Below, piece after piece: positions 52,030-62,904 of a stretch of 64,000 nt of DNA; position 1 is the first letter of the stretch, and the number at the start of each line of letters is the position of its first letter. A model generated the notes under the pieces. It saw only the letters and a program-made list of their open reading frames with translations, was not told the DNA's origin and ran no database searches. The stretch is from NCBI GenBank assembly GCA_965153455.1, contig OZ234494.1:5084001-5148000 (forward strand), given 5' to 3'. The translations under genes and the position numbers were made by a program. Origin of the DNA: Sphagnum compactum (Eukaryota).

Positions 52030-54579
52030 CATGGTAGATCCTGTGGATTCTCCGTTCTCAAAGTGTTGTCGGGCATCCAATGGAGAGCCAACAGTCAACT
52101 TTACCCTTATGTTCAAAGTGTTGTCGGGCATCCAATGGAAAGCCAATAATCAACTTTACCCTTATGCCTAGTTGTGTTCCAACTTCCATCCATCCGCCCA
52201 TCATTCCCATCCCTCCTAGTTTATTTCAACCAGTCCCTTCATCCTCTATTGGTCCGTCGGCCCTATTTTCGCCTTGCTCACCACACCCAATAGGAGTTTC
52301 TCCAATATCCATTGTACGGTCCTTTCCTCCACGACCTTACATTCCTTGTCCTTTTTGCGATCGTCTATTCAATGCAAGGGGGGCTTAACATGGAACCAAC
52401 TTTCATGCACCAGTCATGGGTAGTCATTTGTTTCAAGGGCAAAGTTACCCCCAACTTTACCATGTTCTCCTCCCATTTCAACATGGACATGGATTGCATA
52501 TATAGACATCATTGATGTTTTCCATTTGGATTTACTTCATCCTCATTCATACCATCATATTCCATATGCTGTTCAAGTTGATTTTCAACAAGCTTTGCAT
52601 ATCCCTTTATTTCGATTAGTATTCGATCCTTTTGATATTATAGTTTGGCATGTTTTATTTTATTCCTTTTTTGGTGTTTGTCCTTCCTCCCAAAAGGTGG
52701 TGAAAAAGGCCACCAAAAAACTCATGTTCACTTGTGTCAAAACATAGATGGTGATTAGGATACATTACATGAGGAGCACACGATTAAAACACTCGTTTTA
52801 GCTTTTCGTAGATGTTTAGAATCGACTACTTGAATCTTATCCCACCTCCATCAGCATGATAACACTGTGCACAGCCCTTTGTTCATGTAAGGGAGTACAT
52901 TTAAGCAATATGTGCACTAGTTCTGAGCACATTTGGAACCCCATTTAACAAGACTATAAGAATCCTTCGTCTTCTCCATCCACTTGCTAAGATTGATCTC
53001 CCCCCTTTTGTTGATGATTTCCATCCTAAAACAAAGGTTACTTTAAATTGGGAGCCATTTATTTTTGTTTTGGCTTGTTCACCATATCTTTTTTCTAGTG
53101 GCCCCTCGGGTATGGTGTATGAGTTTTCACAAAACTATTTTGTCCTAGATGATTTTACGAGTGGCATTGACCTCTTTTTCAAGATATGTGGGCACATTGA
53201 TCAAGGTCATGTTCCATCGTCAGTATTGCATTTTTTTTGTGCATCTCGATTCCTAACATTGGAGAAGTAGCTTGGAGGCATACGTCCCATCGTGATTGGT
53301 GAAGTGACCTATTACCTAATTGCCCATACACTTGCTGTTGAGTTTAAGGAAACTTTTGCGAAGCATTTTAATCATCATCAATTTGGTGGAGTGATTCGTG
53401 GTGGGTGTGAGATACTAGTTCATCGCATCCGAATGATGTTAGATTTGCACCCAAATTGGGCGATGCAGGTGGATGTCCGTAACGCCTTCAATTCGATGTC
53501 ACAGTCCACCATTTTTTAAGAGTTACGATCTTCACCAGGTTCTCTCGATCAACTTTTCCCATTTGTTTGATGATTCTATGCACATGCATCCCCACTATAT
53601 TTTTTTCAAATTTCCTGACATGGGGATCTCATAGTCATTTTGTCGAAATAAAGTACATGATAGGGGGACCCATTGGGAGGAACATTGTTTACTATGGCTC
53701 ACATTCGCACTCTTTGCCTTAGAGTAGCAACCACCCTTACTTGTGTTTTCCCTTCATTGGCAAATGATACACATATAGTAGGTTTCACATCAAATGTGGT
53801 TCTTGTTTTTTTACGATTACAACAAGAGTTTTCAACATTAAAACTTTTAATGCAACCAACAAAGTGTGTAGTTTGGTCTCCACAAAGGTTAGACCACTTT
53901 ATATCATTTTTCCTTGGCTTTCTTACTCTCAATTCGGGTTTTTATATTTTGGGCACATCGGTGGCATCTAGGTCATTCATTGAGTCGTTTGTGGCTAAGG
54001 CTTTTCATGAAAATCTTGGGATGATATTTAGTCTCCCTATGTTTGCAAATCCTCAAGCAGCTTTTGCAATGTTTTCATTATGTTATGCCCAACGCCTTGG
54101 CTATTTGTTTCGTACAATGTCTCCATCTCTAGGTATTTTACAACATCACACTAAATTTGATACTCATACCATAACTACATTGGAAAAGTTACTTGGTGCG
54201 GGATCTTTTGGTGGCTCTATCGGTCACTTAACACATTGTTAGGTCACTTTTCCTACTTTTTCGGATGGGCTTAGCCTCCCTTTTGTAATTCAGATTGTTA
54301 CCCCTACATTCTTGGGATGTTGGGCAATGATCGCTTTTACGTTTGTCATTCATTTCCAGCAGGATGATCACCTTATTCTTCTAGCTGCAATAACACATGT
54401 TGAGACTAACACTTCCCCATTCCATATGGCACTATGAAATACATGAGCCTTGTTACCCCATGTTGTTTATTCTTAGGTCCCACCTTTTGAGAGCCTAATG
54501 CTTCAATCTTATCCCTCGTTGTAAGCATTTTTGGCGAATCGCCTACATGAATAGGAATTTGCTTCACTTCTAGTAAATG
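52030..54579 (+). mobile_element. Decayed CRE-clade (RLE-type) non-LTR retrotransposon, 5' part (zinc finger plus reverse transcriptase)
   Basis: Broken ORF with CPFCDRLFNARGGL, SGPSGMVYEF, LTLEK*LGGIRPIVIGE, HQFGGVIRGGCEILVHRIR, VDVRNAFNSM, GDPLGGTLF and LANDT (ADD-like). These are RT motifs characteristic of CRE/SLACS-type elements. The 5' boundary is approximate. Confidence 0.8.
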
Positions 54580-54846
54580 TGTTATGGACCGACTACAAAC
54601 AAGTGGAGAATTACAAGACAAGACAAGCTTTATTGATCCATCAACTAGTGTTGATCTGCTGAAGGGTTGTTCCCCAGACTTTTTCCTTTTATAACCCTGA
54701 GCCATACTAGTCCCAAAATATCCTAGGCCATGATATTGCCAAAAGTATCCGAAAATATCCTAGGCCATGATATTGCAAAAAGTATCCCAAAATATCCTAG
54801 GACATGACATTGCCAAAAGTATCCCAAAATATCCTAGGCCATGACA
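54580..54846 (-). repeat. 3' LTR of the chromovirus
   Basis: Direct repeat of 60589-60855, preceded on the minus strand by a polypurine tract at 54847-54859. Confidence 0.95.
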
Positions 54847-57800
54847 TTATCCTCTCCTCAAGCGACATCTTCCAGATGGAGCCGGTTTGTTAGGATACCG
54901 TTGGTGAAACCGATTAATTAAGTCTTGGGCATGAATTAGGTTTCCAGCAGGCTCCCAAGTAGCTTCAGAAGGAGGATAACCTCGCCAAAAGACAAGGTAC
55001 AGGAGCTTTCCACGAATCTAATTGGAGTCCAAGACCTCCTGAACTTCAAACTCTTCTTGGCCTTCAATTTCAACTGGAGCTGGGGGTTCTTGATGACGTT
55101 CTGGGATCGGGTTTTCATGATAAGGCTCAAGCAGGGAGACATGGAAAACATTATGGATTTTGAACTGGGGTGGAAGCTCCAACTGGCAAGCCACTAGACC
55201 AACCAATTTGGCGATTTTGAAAGGTCCGAGGCGCTTGTAATCCAACTTGGCACATGGGCGAGTGGTAGCAATGTTCTTTCTGAGAAGCTAGACCTTGTCT
55301 CCAACCTTGAAGTTTGGATGGTCCTTGCGTCGGCGGTCTGCTTGCTTCTTTTGCCACTCTTGTGTTAGCTTGAGTTCTGCCATAAGGTTCTGTTGAACTT
55401 GTCCAAGCCTCGTGGCCCTTTCTTCAGCCGAGCGATTTATGGAGTCTCCAGGAATTTCAAGGCTGAACCTGGGATGAAAACCATAATTGGAAAAGAATGG
55501 ACTGATCCCGGTCGATGCATGTGTTGTGTTATTATAAGCAAACTCTGTTTGAGATAGTAGGTCCAGCCAATCGTCCTGTTGGTAGTTCACAATGCAACGA
55601 AGGTATTACTCGAGTGTCTGGTTTGTCCGTTCGGTTTGTCCATCCGTCTCAGGGTGGAAAGTTGAAGATAGCCGAATATCAACTCCAAGAAGTTCGAATA
55701 GACGATGCCAGAACTTGGATGCAAATTGAGGACCTCTATCGGACACAATTTCCTCGGGGAGTCCATGCAGTCGGACGATCCCGTCCAGAATTAACTGAGT
55801 TGTCTCTTCTGCCGTGATTGACTTGGAACAAGGGGTGAAATGGGCCATTTTGGTGTGTCGATCGACCACAACCAGTATTGAATTCTTGGTTCTGACAGTA
55901 GGGAGGTCTGTGATGAAGTCCATTGCAATAGATCCCCAAGGTCGGCTAGGAATCGACAGAGGCTGTAGGAGTCCAAACGGGCGATGCCTGGGAGCCTTGG
56001 ATCGAACACATGTATCACAAGACTTGACATACTCCCGTAGCATCTTGTTCATTTTGGGCCACCAGTAAGTCCTTGACACTAGTTCGTGAGTCCGTGCCAT
56101 TCCAAAGTGACCCGCCAGGGTGTTGTCGTGGCATTCTCTCAGGATTTTTAGGCGTACAGGTCCTTCGGGTACATAAATCAGGTTATTTCGAAGGAGAAGT
56201 CCGTCTTGTTGCTCAAACTGATCCAAGTCATCACGATTTGGGTTCCTTGGTCGTTCTTGGAGTTCCTTCTTGATGTTGGTAGCCCAAGTGTCTTCCTCAG
56301 TTGCCATCTTGATGTCCCTGACAAGGTATGAGTCTGGGAGGGTGCTGATTGTTGCTGCAACTCGAAATTGCTCGAGGTTGAGTAAAGTCTGGTTCTGCTG
56401 GCCGTAGGACTCATCCCCCACTCGAAGTTCATATTCTGAACGACGAGATAGCGCGTCAGCTTTCCCTTGCTGGGTGCCGGGTTGATACAGAATCTCAAAG
56501 TCGAAATCAGCTAGGAAGATAGACCAGCGTGCCTGGCGACGATTTAAGGTCCGAGTAGTTGTGAAATAAAGGAGATTCTTGTGATCTGTCAGAACTTGGA
56601 CTCGATGTTGAGCTCTGGCAAGATACGGTTTCCACTGCTCGAATGCCGTGATGATTGCCAGGAGTTCCTTATCGTAGACCTGGTAGTTGATTTCGGCACT
56701 GGTTAACTTCCGTGAATAGAAAACAATTGGATGCAGCAACCCATCTATTCCAAATTAAGATAGAATAGCTCCCAAGGCAAAATCTGAAACGTCCGTTTCC
56801 ACAATGAATGGCTTGGCAGGATCGGGATGTATCAGGATGGGTGCAGAGGTGAATGCCATCTTGAGAGTATCAAAAGCAGCCTGGGCCGTTGGATTCCACG
56901 AAAAGGGCTTGTCTTTGCAAGTCAGGGTTATTAACGGTGTTGTGATCTTGGAGTAGCCTTTGATAAACCGACGATAGAAGTTGGCAAACCCTAGGAAGCG
57001 TTGAACGTCCTTGACCGAGGATGGAGTAGCCCAACACTGGATGGTCTCGACCTTTGACTTGTCCATGAAAATGCCATCTGGAGAGATCACGTAGCCGAGG
57101 AACGCCACTGAAAATTTGTCGAATTCACATTTTTCCAACTTGGCGTATAAGCCATGCTCCCGGAGCGTCGCAAACACCAATCGTACATGTTTGTCGTGGG
57201 TTTCCTGGTCCTTGGAAAAGATTAAAATGTCATCCAAATAGACCACGACAAATTTGTCCATGTAATCCCGGAAGATATCATTCATCAGATGCTGAAAGAC
57301 TGCGGGTGCATTGGTGAGGCCGAAGGGCATGACCATGTATTCGAAGTGGCCGCAGCGTGTGCGGAAAGTTGTCTTCCATTCATCACCGGGGCGAATCCTA
57401 AGTAAGTTGTAGGCTTCACGGAGGTCAAGCTTGGTGAAGATCTTCCCGGTACGTAGTTGATCTAGGAGACCTGAAATCAAGGGCAAGGGATATCGATTCT
57501 TTTTGGTTATCTTGTTGAATCCACGATAGTCCACACAGAGTCGAAAGGAGCCATCCTTCTTCTTGACAAACAAAATTGGGGCGCCAGCTGGAGACTTGGA
57601 ATGCTGAATGAACCCCTTGGCAAGATTTTCAGTAAGGTAATCACGCAGGGCTTGGAGTTCCGGTTCTGATAGGCCATAGATAGGACCAAAGGGTGGTGAG
57701 TGTCCTTCTTCTAGATCAATCGGGCAGTCATATGGACTATGGGCGGGGAGCTGATCAGCATTAATCTTTTCAAAAACATCAACAAAGTCCTTGTACTTCT

Positions 57801-58603
57801 CGGGAAGTTTGACAGGTGTTGGTTCTGATTGGGGGTTTGTGGTGTTGGCTGGGTTGACATGGATGGCGAAGACTTGAAGATTCTTAGCAGCTCGATAGAA
57901 AGGGACAGCTCTATCAACGAAGATCTGGACAGGGTTGGTTTTCTGGGCAGGATTCTTGACAAGATTCTTGACAGGACAAGGTTTAGTTCTGAAACCGGGG
58001 GTTTTTGACTGCAGGACTTGACATAACAGACTTGATAAAACTGGAATTGGTTCCGACCCTCTTTGGGTTCTCGACCACAGGGTTCTTGGTAGGACTGGAC
58101 AAAGTGTTTTTCTGAGCGTGGGGTTCTTGAGAGGTGCACCGTTGTGCGCTGAAGGTGAGGGTTCTAGATCGCCAATCAATGATAGGGTTGTGTGCTTCTA
58201 GCCAAGGCAGACCAAGGATGATGGGATGGTGAGGGGTGGAGATGATGTTGAGAACAATCTTCTCCGTGTGCTTGCCGATACAGAGTTCTAGAGGGGTTGT
58301 CTCGTGTGTGATTGCACCAGAAGCAATGGTTCTCCCATCAATAACCTCTACCGGAACAGGGGTTGACTTCTTGACCACAGGGATGTTGTGTTGGACGACA
58401 AATGTTTGGTCGATGAAAGAAGAGGTGGCGCCGGAGTCCACCAAAGCTGACACTTGTGGTATGTCTTCTGGAATACGAATGATGTCCACATACTAAGTGA
58501 AATTGGGACTGGGACCAACAGCGGAACAGGAGCCTTTGCAAAGGTGGTGTTGGGTGAGATCCAGTCGCACGGCTCCTACTGTGACTAGATGTTCTTGTTT
58601 TCC
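54847..58603 (-). pseudogene. pol: Chromovirus pol (PR-RT-RH-IN-chromodomain), disrupted
   Basis: ORF pieces 57983-58489 (protease), 56755-58179 (RT), 55606-56739 (RNase H/integrase), 55288-55590 and 55018-55245 (GPF motif; EEFEVQEVLDS...YLVFWRGYPPSEATWEP chromodomain) are separated by in-frame stops and one frameshift. Confidence 0.92.
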
Positions 58604-59601
58604 AACTCCCGGGGAGTTTCCACAGCTTATACTTGAAGTTTGACAAGCTTTTGAGGGCACTGACGAGCTATATGCCCTGGGTTGCCACAGTTAGACATAG
58701 ATTGTTTGTCTTTCGGTGAAGTTTCTCGGCTTCTGTCAAAGATTTAAACTTAGCTGTGTCGATCTTCATCGGAGCAGGTCCAAAAGAGGCAGGTCGGGCA
58801 ACTGGTGTTGTTTGGGGAACTAACTCATGAAGCCTATAAATTTGTGATGTTATACTATGCATTTTTATGTAGATGCATGGAGTTAGCAGGCCGACTGTTC
58901 CAAAGCTGGGCGTTGGAGGTGACTTTCTTTTCCTGGCGACGCTCGAACAGACGATTATCGCACCGAATTGCCTGGGTGATGGCTTCACTGAAGGAAGAAG
59001 GGTCTGCGAGTGTCAACAAAAGATCTTGAACATCATCACAAAGCCCACAACGAAACTGATCAATCAAGGCAGCTTCTCCCCAATTGACGTCGCAGGCAAG
59101 CTGCCTGAATTTTGAGGCGTAGACGATGGCCGAACGTGTCCCTTGCTGGAGGCGACGCAACTTGTTGACTGAAGTCCTGGCCTTGTCATTGTCCCCAAAT
59201 ACTGCTTCAAATTCCGCCATAAAGGCGTTGAAATCTTGTAGGAGAGGGGATGATGTTTCCAAGATGGGAGCAAACCATGCTGCAGCTGTCCCAGTGAGTA
59301 GGGTTCCAACGAATCCTACACGAGTGGTGTCATCAAAATAACGTCGGGGGTGTAGTTGCATGATCAGGCGTACCTGGCTGACAAAGCCTCGAAATTTGAG
59401 GCGCGTTCCATCAAACTTGTCTGGCAGACTGATCTTGGGCTCTGAGGCGGCCATTGCAAGAGCAGGAAGTACTGGGGCAGGAGGTGGTGGCTAATTCTGT
59501 AGGCGGGTCACCGAGTCTCTGAGCATGGCATTTTCTTGTTGAAGGTGTTGAAGGGCGACGAGGATTTGAGTGAGATCGATGTTTGATTCTGAGTTGTCCA
59601 T
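58576..59601 (-). pseudogene. gag: Chromovirus gag (retrotransposon gag domain plus CCHC knuckle), disrupted
   Basis: ATG at 59601 gives MDNSESNIDLTQILVALQHLQQENAMLRDSVTRLQN*PPP...EPKISLPDKFDGTRLKFRGF...LRRLQQGTRS...PAPMKID...CGNPGHIARQC. It carries internal stops, a frameshifting AT-rich insert and a 1-nt deletion. Confidence 0.9.
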
Positions 59602-59640
59602 GGTGGTAGTTCTCACACTTTTGCGCTTTCAATCTTCAAA

Positions 59641-60413
59641 CTTGAAACTTCAGATGCTTGGATCTCTCTCAATACAAATCCAAATGACATGAAATTTCTC
59701 TCACACATATATTCCTATATGATCTATAAGATCACAAAGTTATAGACCCAAAAAAGCTTAAACAAAGGAGATATGACCAAAAAACCAGATCTGCACTTGA
59801 AACTTCAGATGCTTGGATCTCTCTCAATACAAATCCAAATGACATGAAATTTCTCTCACACATATATTCCTATATGATCTATAAGATCACAAAGTTATAG
59901 ACCCAAAAAAGCTTAAACAAAGGAGATATGACCAAAAAACCAGATCTGCACTTGAAACTTCAGATGCTTGGATCTCTCTCAATACAAATCCAAATGACAT
60001 GAAATTTCTCTCACACATATATTCCTATATGATCTATAAGATCACAAAGTTATAGACCCAAAAAAGCTTAAACAAAGGAGATATGACCAAAAAACCAGAT
60101 CTGCACTTGAAACTTCAGATGCTTGGATCTCTCTCAATACAAGTCCAAATGACATGAAATTTCTTTCACACATATATTCCTATATGATCTATAAGATCAC
60201 AAAGTTACAGACCCAAAAAAGCTTAAACAAAGGAGATATGACCAAAAAACCAGATTTTTTCTTGAAACTTCAGATGCTTGGATCTCTCTCAATACAAGTC
60301 CAAATGACATGAAATTTCTCTCACACATATATTCCTATACGATCTATAAGATCACAAAGTTACAGACCCAAAAAAGTTTAAACAAAGGAGATATGACCAA
60401 AAAACCAGATCTG
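59641..60413. repeat. Tandem array, 5 x 155 bp, in the chromovirus 5' leader
   Basis: Units beginning CTTGAAACTTCAGATGCTTGG start at 59641, 59796, 59951, 60106 and 60261. Confidence 0.97.
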
Positions 60414-60588
60414 GCACAGAGTTTTCAAAAGCTCTTAACTCTCACAAAACATATCCTTTTCTTTTGAAACTTTGAGAGTAGAAGCGTCCTATAGTCTTCT
60501 ATAACCTTTCGAAGTTTCACTCCAAAATACCTCTAGCTACTTACTGAAACAACAAAACAAACAAACAAGAAGAAGAAGCAGATCAAAC

Positions 60589-60855
60589 TGTTATGGACCG
60601 ACTACAAACAAGTGGAGAATTACAAGACAAAACAAGCTTTATTGATCCATCAACTGGTGTTGATCTGCTGAAGGGTTGTTCCCCAGACTATCTCCTTTTA
60701 TAACCTTGAGCCATACTAGTCCCAAAATATCCTAGGCCATGATATTGCCAAAAGTATCCCAAAATATCCTAGGCCATGATATTGCAAAAAGTATCCCAAA
60801 ATATCCTAGGACATGACATTGCCAAAAGTATCCCAAAATATCCTAGGCCATGACA
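60589..60855 (-). repeat. 5' LTR of the chromovirus (U3 has about 3.6 copies of a 37-bp repeat; TATAAAA at 60702-60696; AATAAA signal)
   Basis: Direct repeat of 54580-54846. The unit CCCAAAATATCCTAGGCCATGATATTGCCAAAAGTAT is repeated in tandem. Confidence 0.95.
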
Positions 60856-61845
60856 AAATGTTCTTTCAAATATCATACGAACACATTTTTGTTCATGTGC
60901 GGATCCAGGGGCAGGCATTTGGTTATTAGTTCGTCTTACCACACTTGCATTTTGTTTATCTTTAGTCCACTTCTTTACAGCACTATGTCCATGTTTTGAC
61001 TTATCACATCCTACCGTTGCCCATTTTTCATGATGTCAATGTGATCATATCACTGACGATCTAAGTACCCATTTGTTTTGATGCCCCTGCAAGAATGAAT
61101 GTATAGTAGCCCACGATACACTTTGGGATATTATCATAGCTATTAATTTGGAAAGTGGAACACATGTTTAAAAGGAGGTCTCCCACCTTTTCCCTCGCCA
61201 CACCTAATGACGAGTGGATATCATTATCACCAGAGACAGCTTCTAGACCTTGGTGGATGTTGTCATTGTTGACGTGATTCATACAAATATGGTGTAACAA
61301 ACATCGACGATGACAACACATGCAATGATTATGGTTGCTCGGGAGAAGAGATGATCGTACGCTGAACGAGCACCAAACGATGACTTCATTTTCCTTGTTA
61401 TTGAGACATATGAGTGTTTTCATTCTTGTTTTGATTCATTTTTTATCACTTGTGCATGGACCACTATCGAACGTCATCAACAATCTTCTTTAATCCCCGT
61501 GATGTTTTTTTCTTTACAATCAACAACACGTGTTCATAGCCCTGTAGTGTGCGCAAGCCATAATGATTATTTAGCAAGGTGCTACACTTGGTCAAGCTTC
61601 CTCATCCCTTCCACACATCATAACTAGTGCACCTCTATCACTAGTCGGTTTGTGGCAAATGACAACTCTTTCGTCTTAAATCTTTTTTGTTATTGTTGAT
61701 TGTCATTTCGTGGCCATGAGTAGGTCTTTACATGATTTTGGTTGATTGTTTGCTTTTGTTTTTTTCTTTGGGTTGTGTCCTATTGTGTTCTATTTTGCCT
61801 TGTACTTTTGATGGATGGGTTCCCATCCTTGATTTTTATTTATAG
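60856..61845 (+). mobile_element. Decayed CRE-clade non-LTR retrotransposon, 3' part (zinc knuckle plus restriction-like endonuclease)
   Basis: The frame continues across the removed chromovirus (LLVNVLSNIIRTHFCSCADPGAGIWLL). It then reads CQCDHITDDLSTHLF*CPC...AHD and KEVSHLF...RVDIIITRD...TLVDVVIVD, followed by a T-rich 3' region. The 3' boundary is approximate. Confidence 0.75.
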
Positions 61846-61984
61846 GGTTTTTCTTCATTGGGGAAACCGGGAGCCATAAGTGGCACCCAGTGCTGGCTCA
61901 TTAGTACATAGGTACCCAGCCCCACCCGTTTTTAATCAACCTGTTATATTGCCCCAACACCCCCCCCCCCCCCCCCCCAACCCA

Positions 61985-62260
61985 AAACAAACTCTTCTTT
62001 CACGCGACTCAAATTAAGAAGTCACTGTGACTTGGCGTGTCACGTGTTTGCTGATACGCCACGTCCTGGTCCCCTGCCCCCTCAACGAACTCTTCTTTCA
62101 CGCAACTCAAATTGGGTAAGAAAGGGGTCAAGGTGTTTGCTGACACACCACGCCCCCGACCCCCCGACCCCCCCCCCCCCCCCAAAACTCTTCTTTCACG
62201 CCACTCAAATTAAGTAAGAAAGGGGTCAAGGTGTTTGCTGTTACGCCAAGTCCTGGTATA
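61985..62260. repeat. Degenerate tandem repeat (about 3 copies, about 100-bp period) with poly-C tracts
   Basis: AACTCTTCTTTCACGC.ACTCAAATT recurs at about 61989, 62088 and 62186, and GTGTTTGCTG recurs three times. Confidence 0.6.
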
Positions 62261-62904
62261 AAACCCCTGCAAAAAAGAAATTCAAAGATCCCGAAAAACA
62301 GCAGCAGCGTTTTGATTTTTAAAAAGAAAAAAAAAGCAGCAGTTGCCGGAGGAGCAATACAGTAGCAGGAAAAGGAAGAATCCTGGAGTCTTGTGCCCCC
62401 CCAAAGTCCAGGAAATCCTGTTCATCAGATTCCACGAGACTTGGTACTTACTCTCTTCTGTCACTCTATGATTGGCCACAGCCGACCGTCTCCTCCTCTC
62501 TCACCATCATTGGTCGATGGAAGAATCAACGAAAGCTGTAAGTTGAACGAAAATCAACCGCTCATGATCATCCGTTGATCCATGAATCAATGAGGAAAGG
62601 AATGTCGCAAGCTGGAACAAAATCATGGCTACGCAGTGCCTTTTCTTTGGTGGCGAAATTTCGCCATTTTGTGGAACATGTTCTCAAAAAAGAATACTCT
62701 GTCACAAATTCCCTGTTTTTTGAAGAAAACTAATTCCCTTTGCACGCTGTCGAATTCTCGTTTTTCTGTTGTTGTTGTTCCTTCTAGAGTTCTGATTGGA
62801 CTGAATTTTTGGTGGAAGAGTGTGAGTGAAGATGGCTTGAGGAGTAAGAGAAGGAAAAAAACCAAAAGAAAGAGAAAGAGGAGGAAGAGTAGTTTATTGT
62901 AGGA

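Larger units (their letters stand above)
54580..60855 (-). mobile_element. Full-length Ty3/gypsy chromovirus LTR retrotransposon (Tcn1/Tf1-sushi-like), inactivated by stops and frameshifts
   Basis: 267-bp TG...CA LTRs at 54580-54846 and 60589-60855 with 6 mismatches. AAATG TSD at 54575-54579 and 60856-60860. Domain order is gag, protease (ALVDSGA), RT (MPFGLTNAPA, YLDD), RNase H, integrase, GPF motif, chromodomain. PPT GAGGAGAGGATAA abuts the 3' LTR. Confidence 0.96.

Noticed and set aside
59641-60413. CRISPR-like array
   Set aside because: The units are contiguous 155-bp repeats with no unique spacers, there are no cas genes, and the context is eukaryotic.
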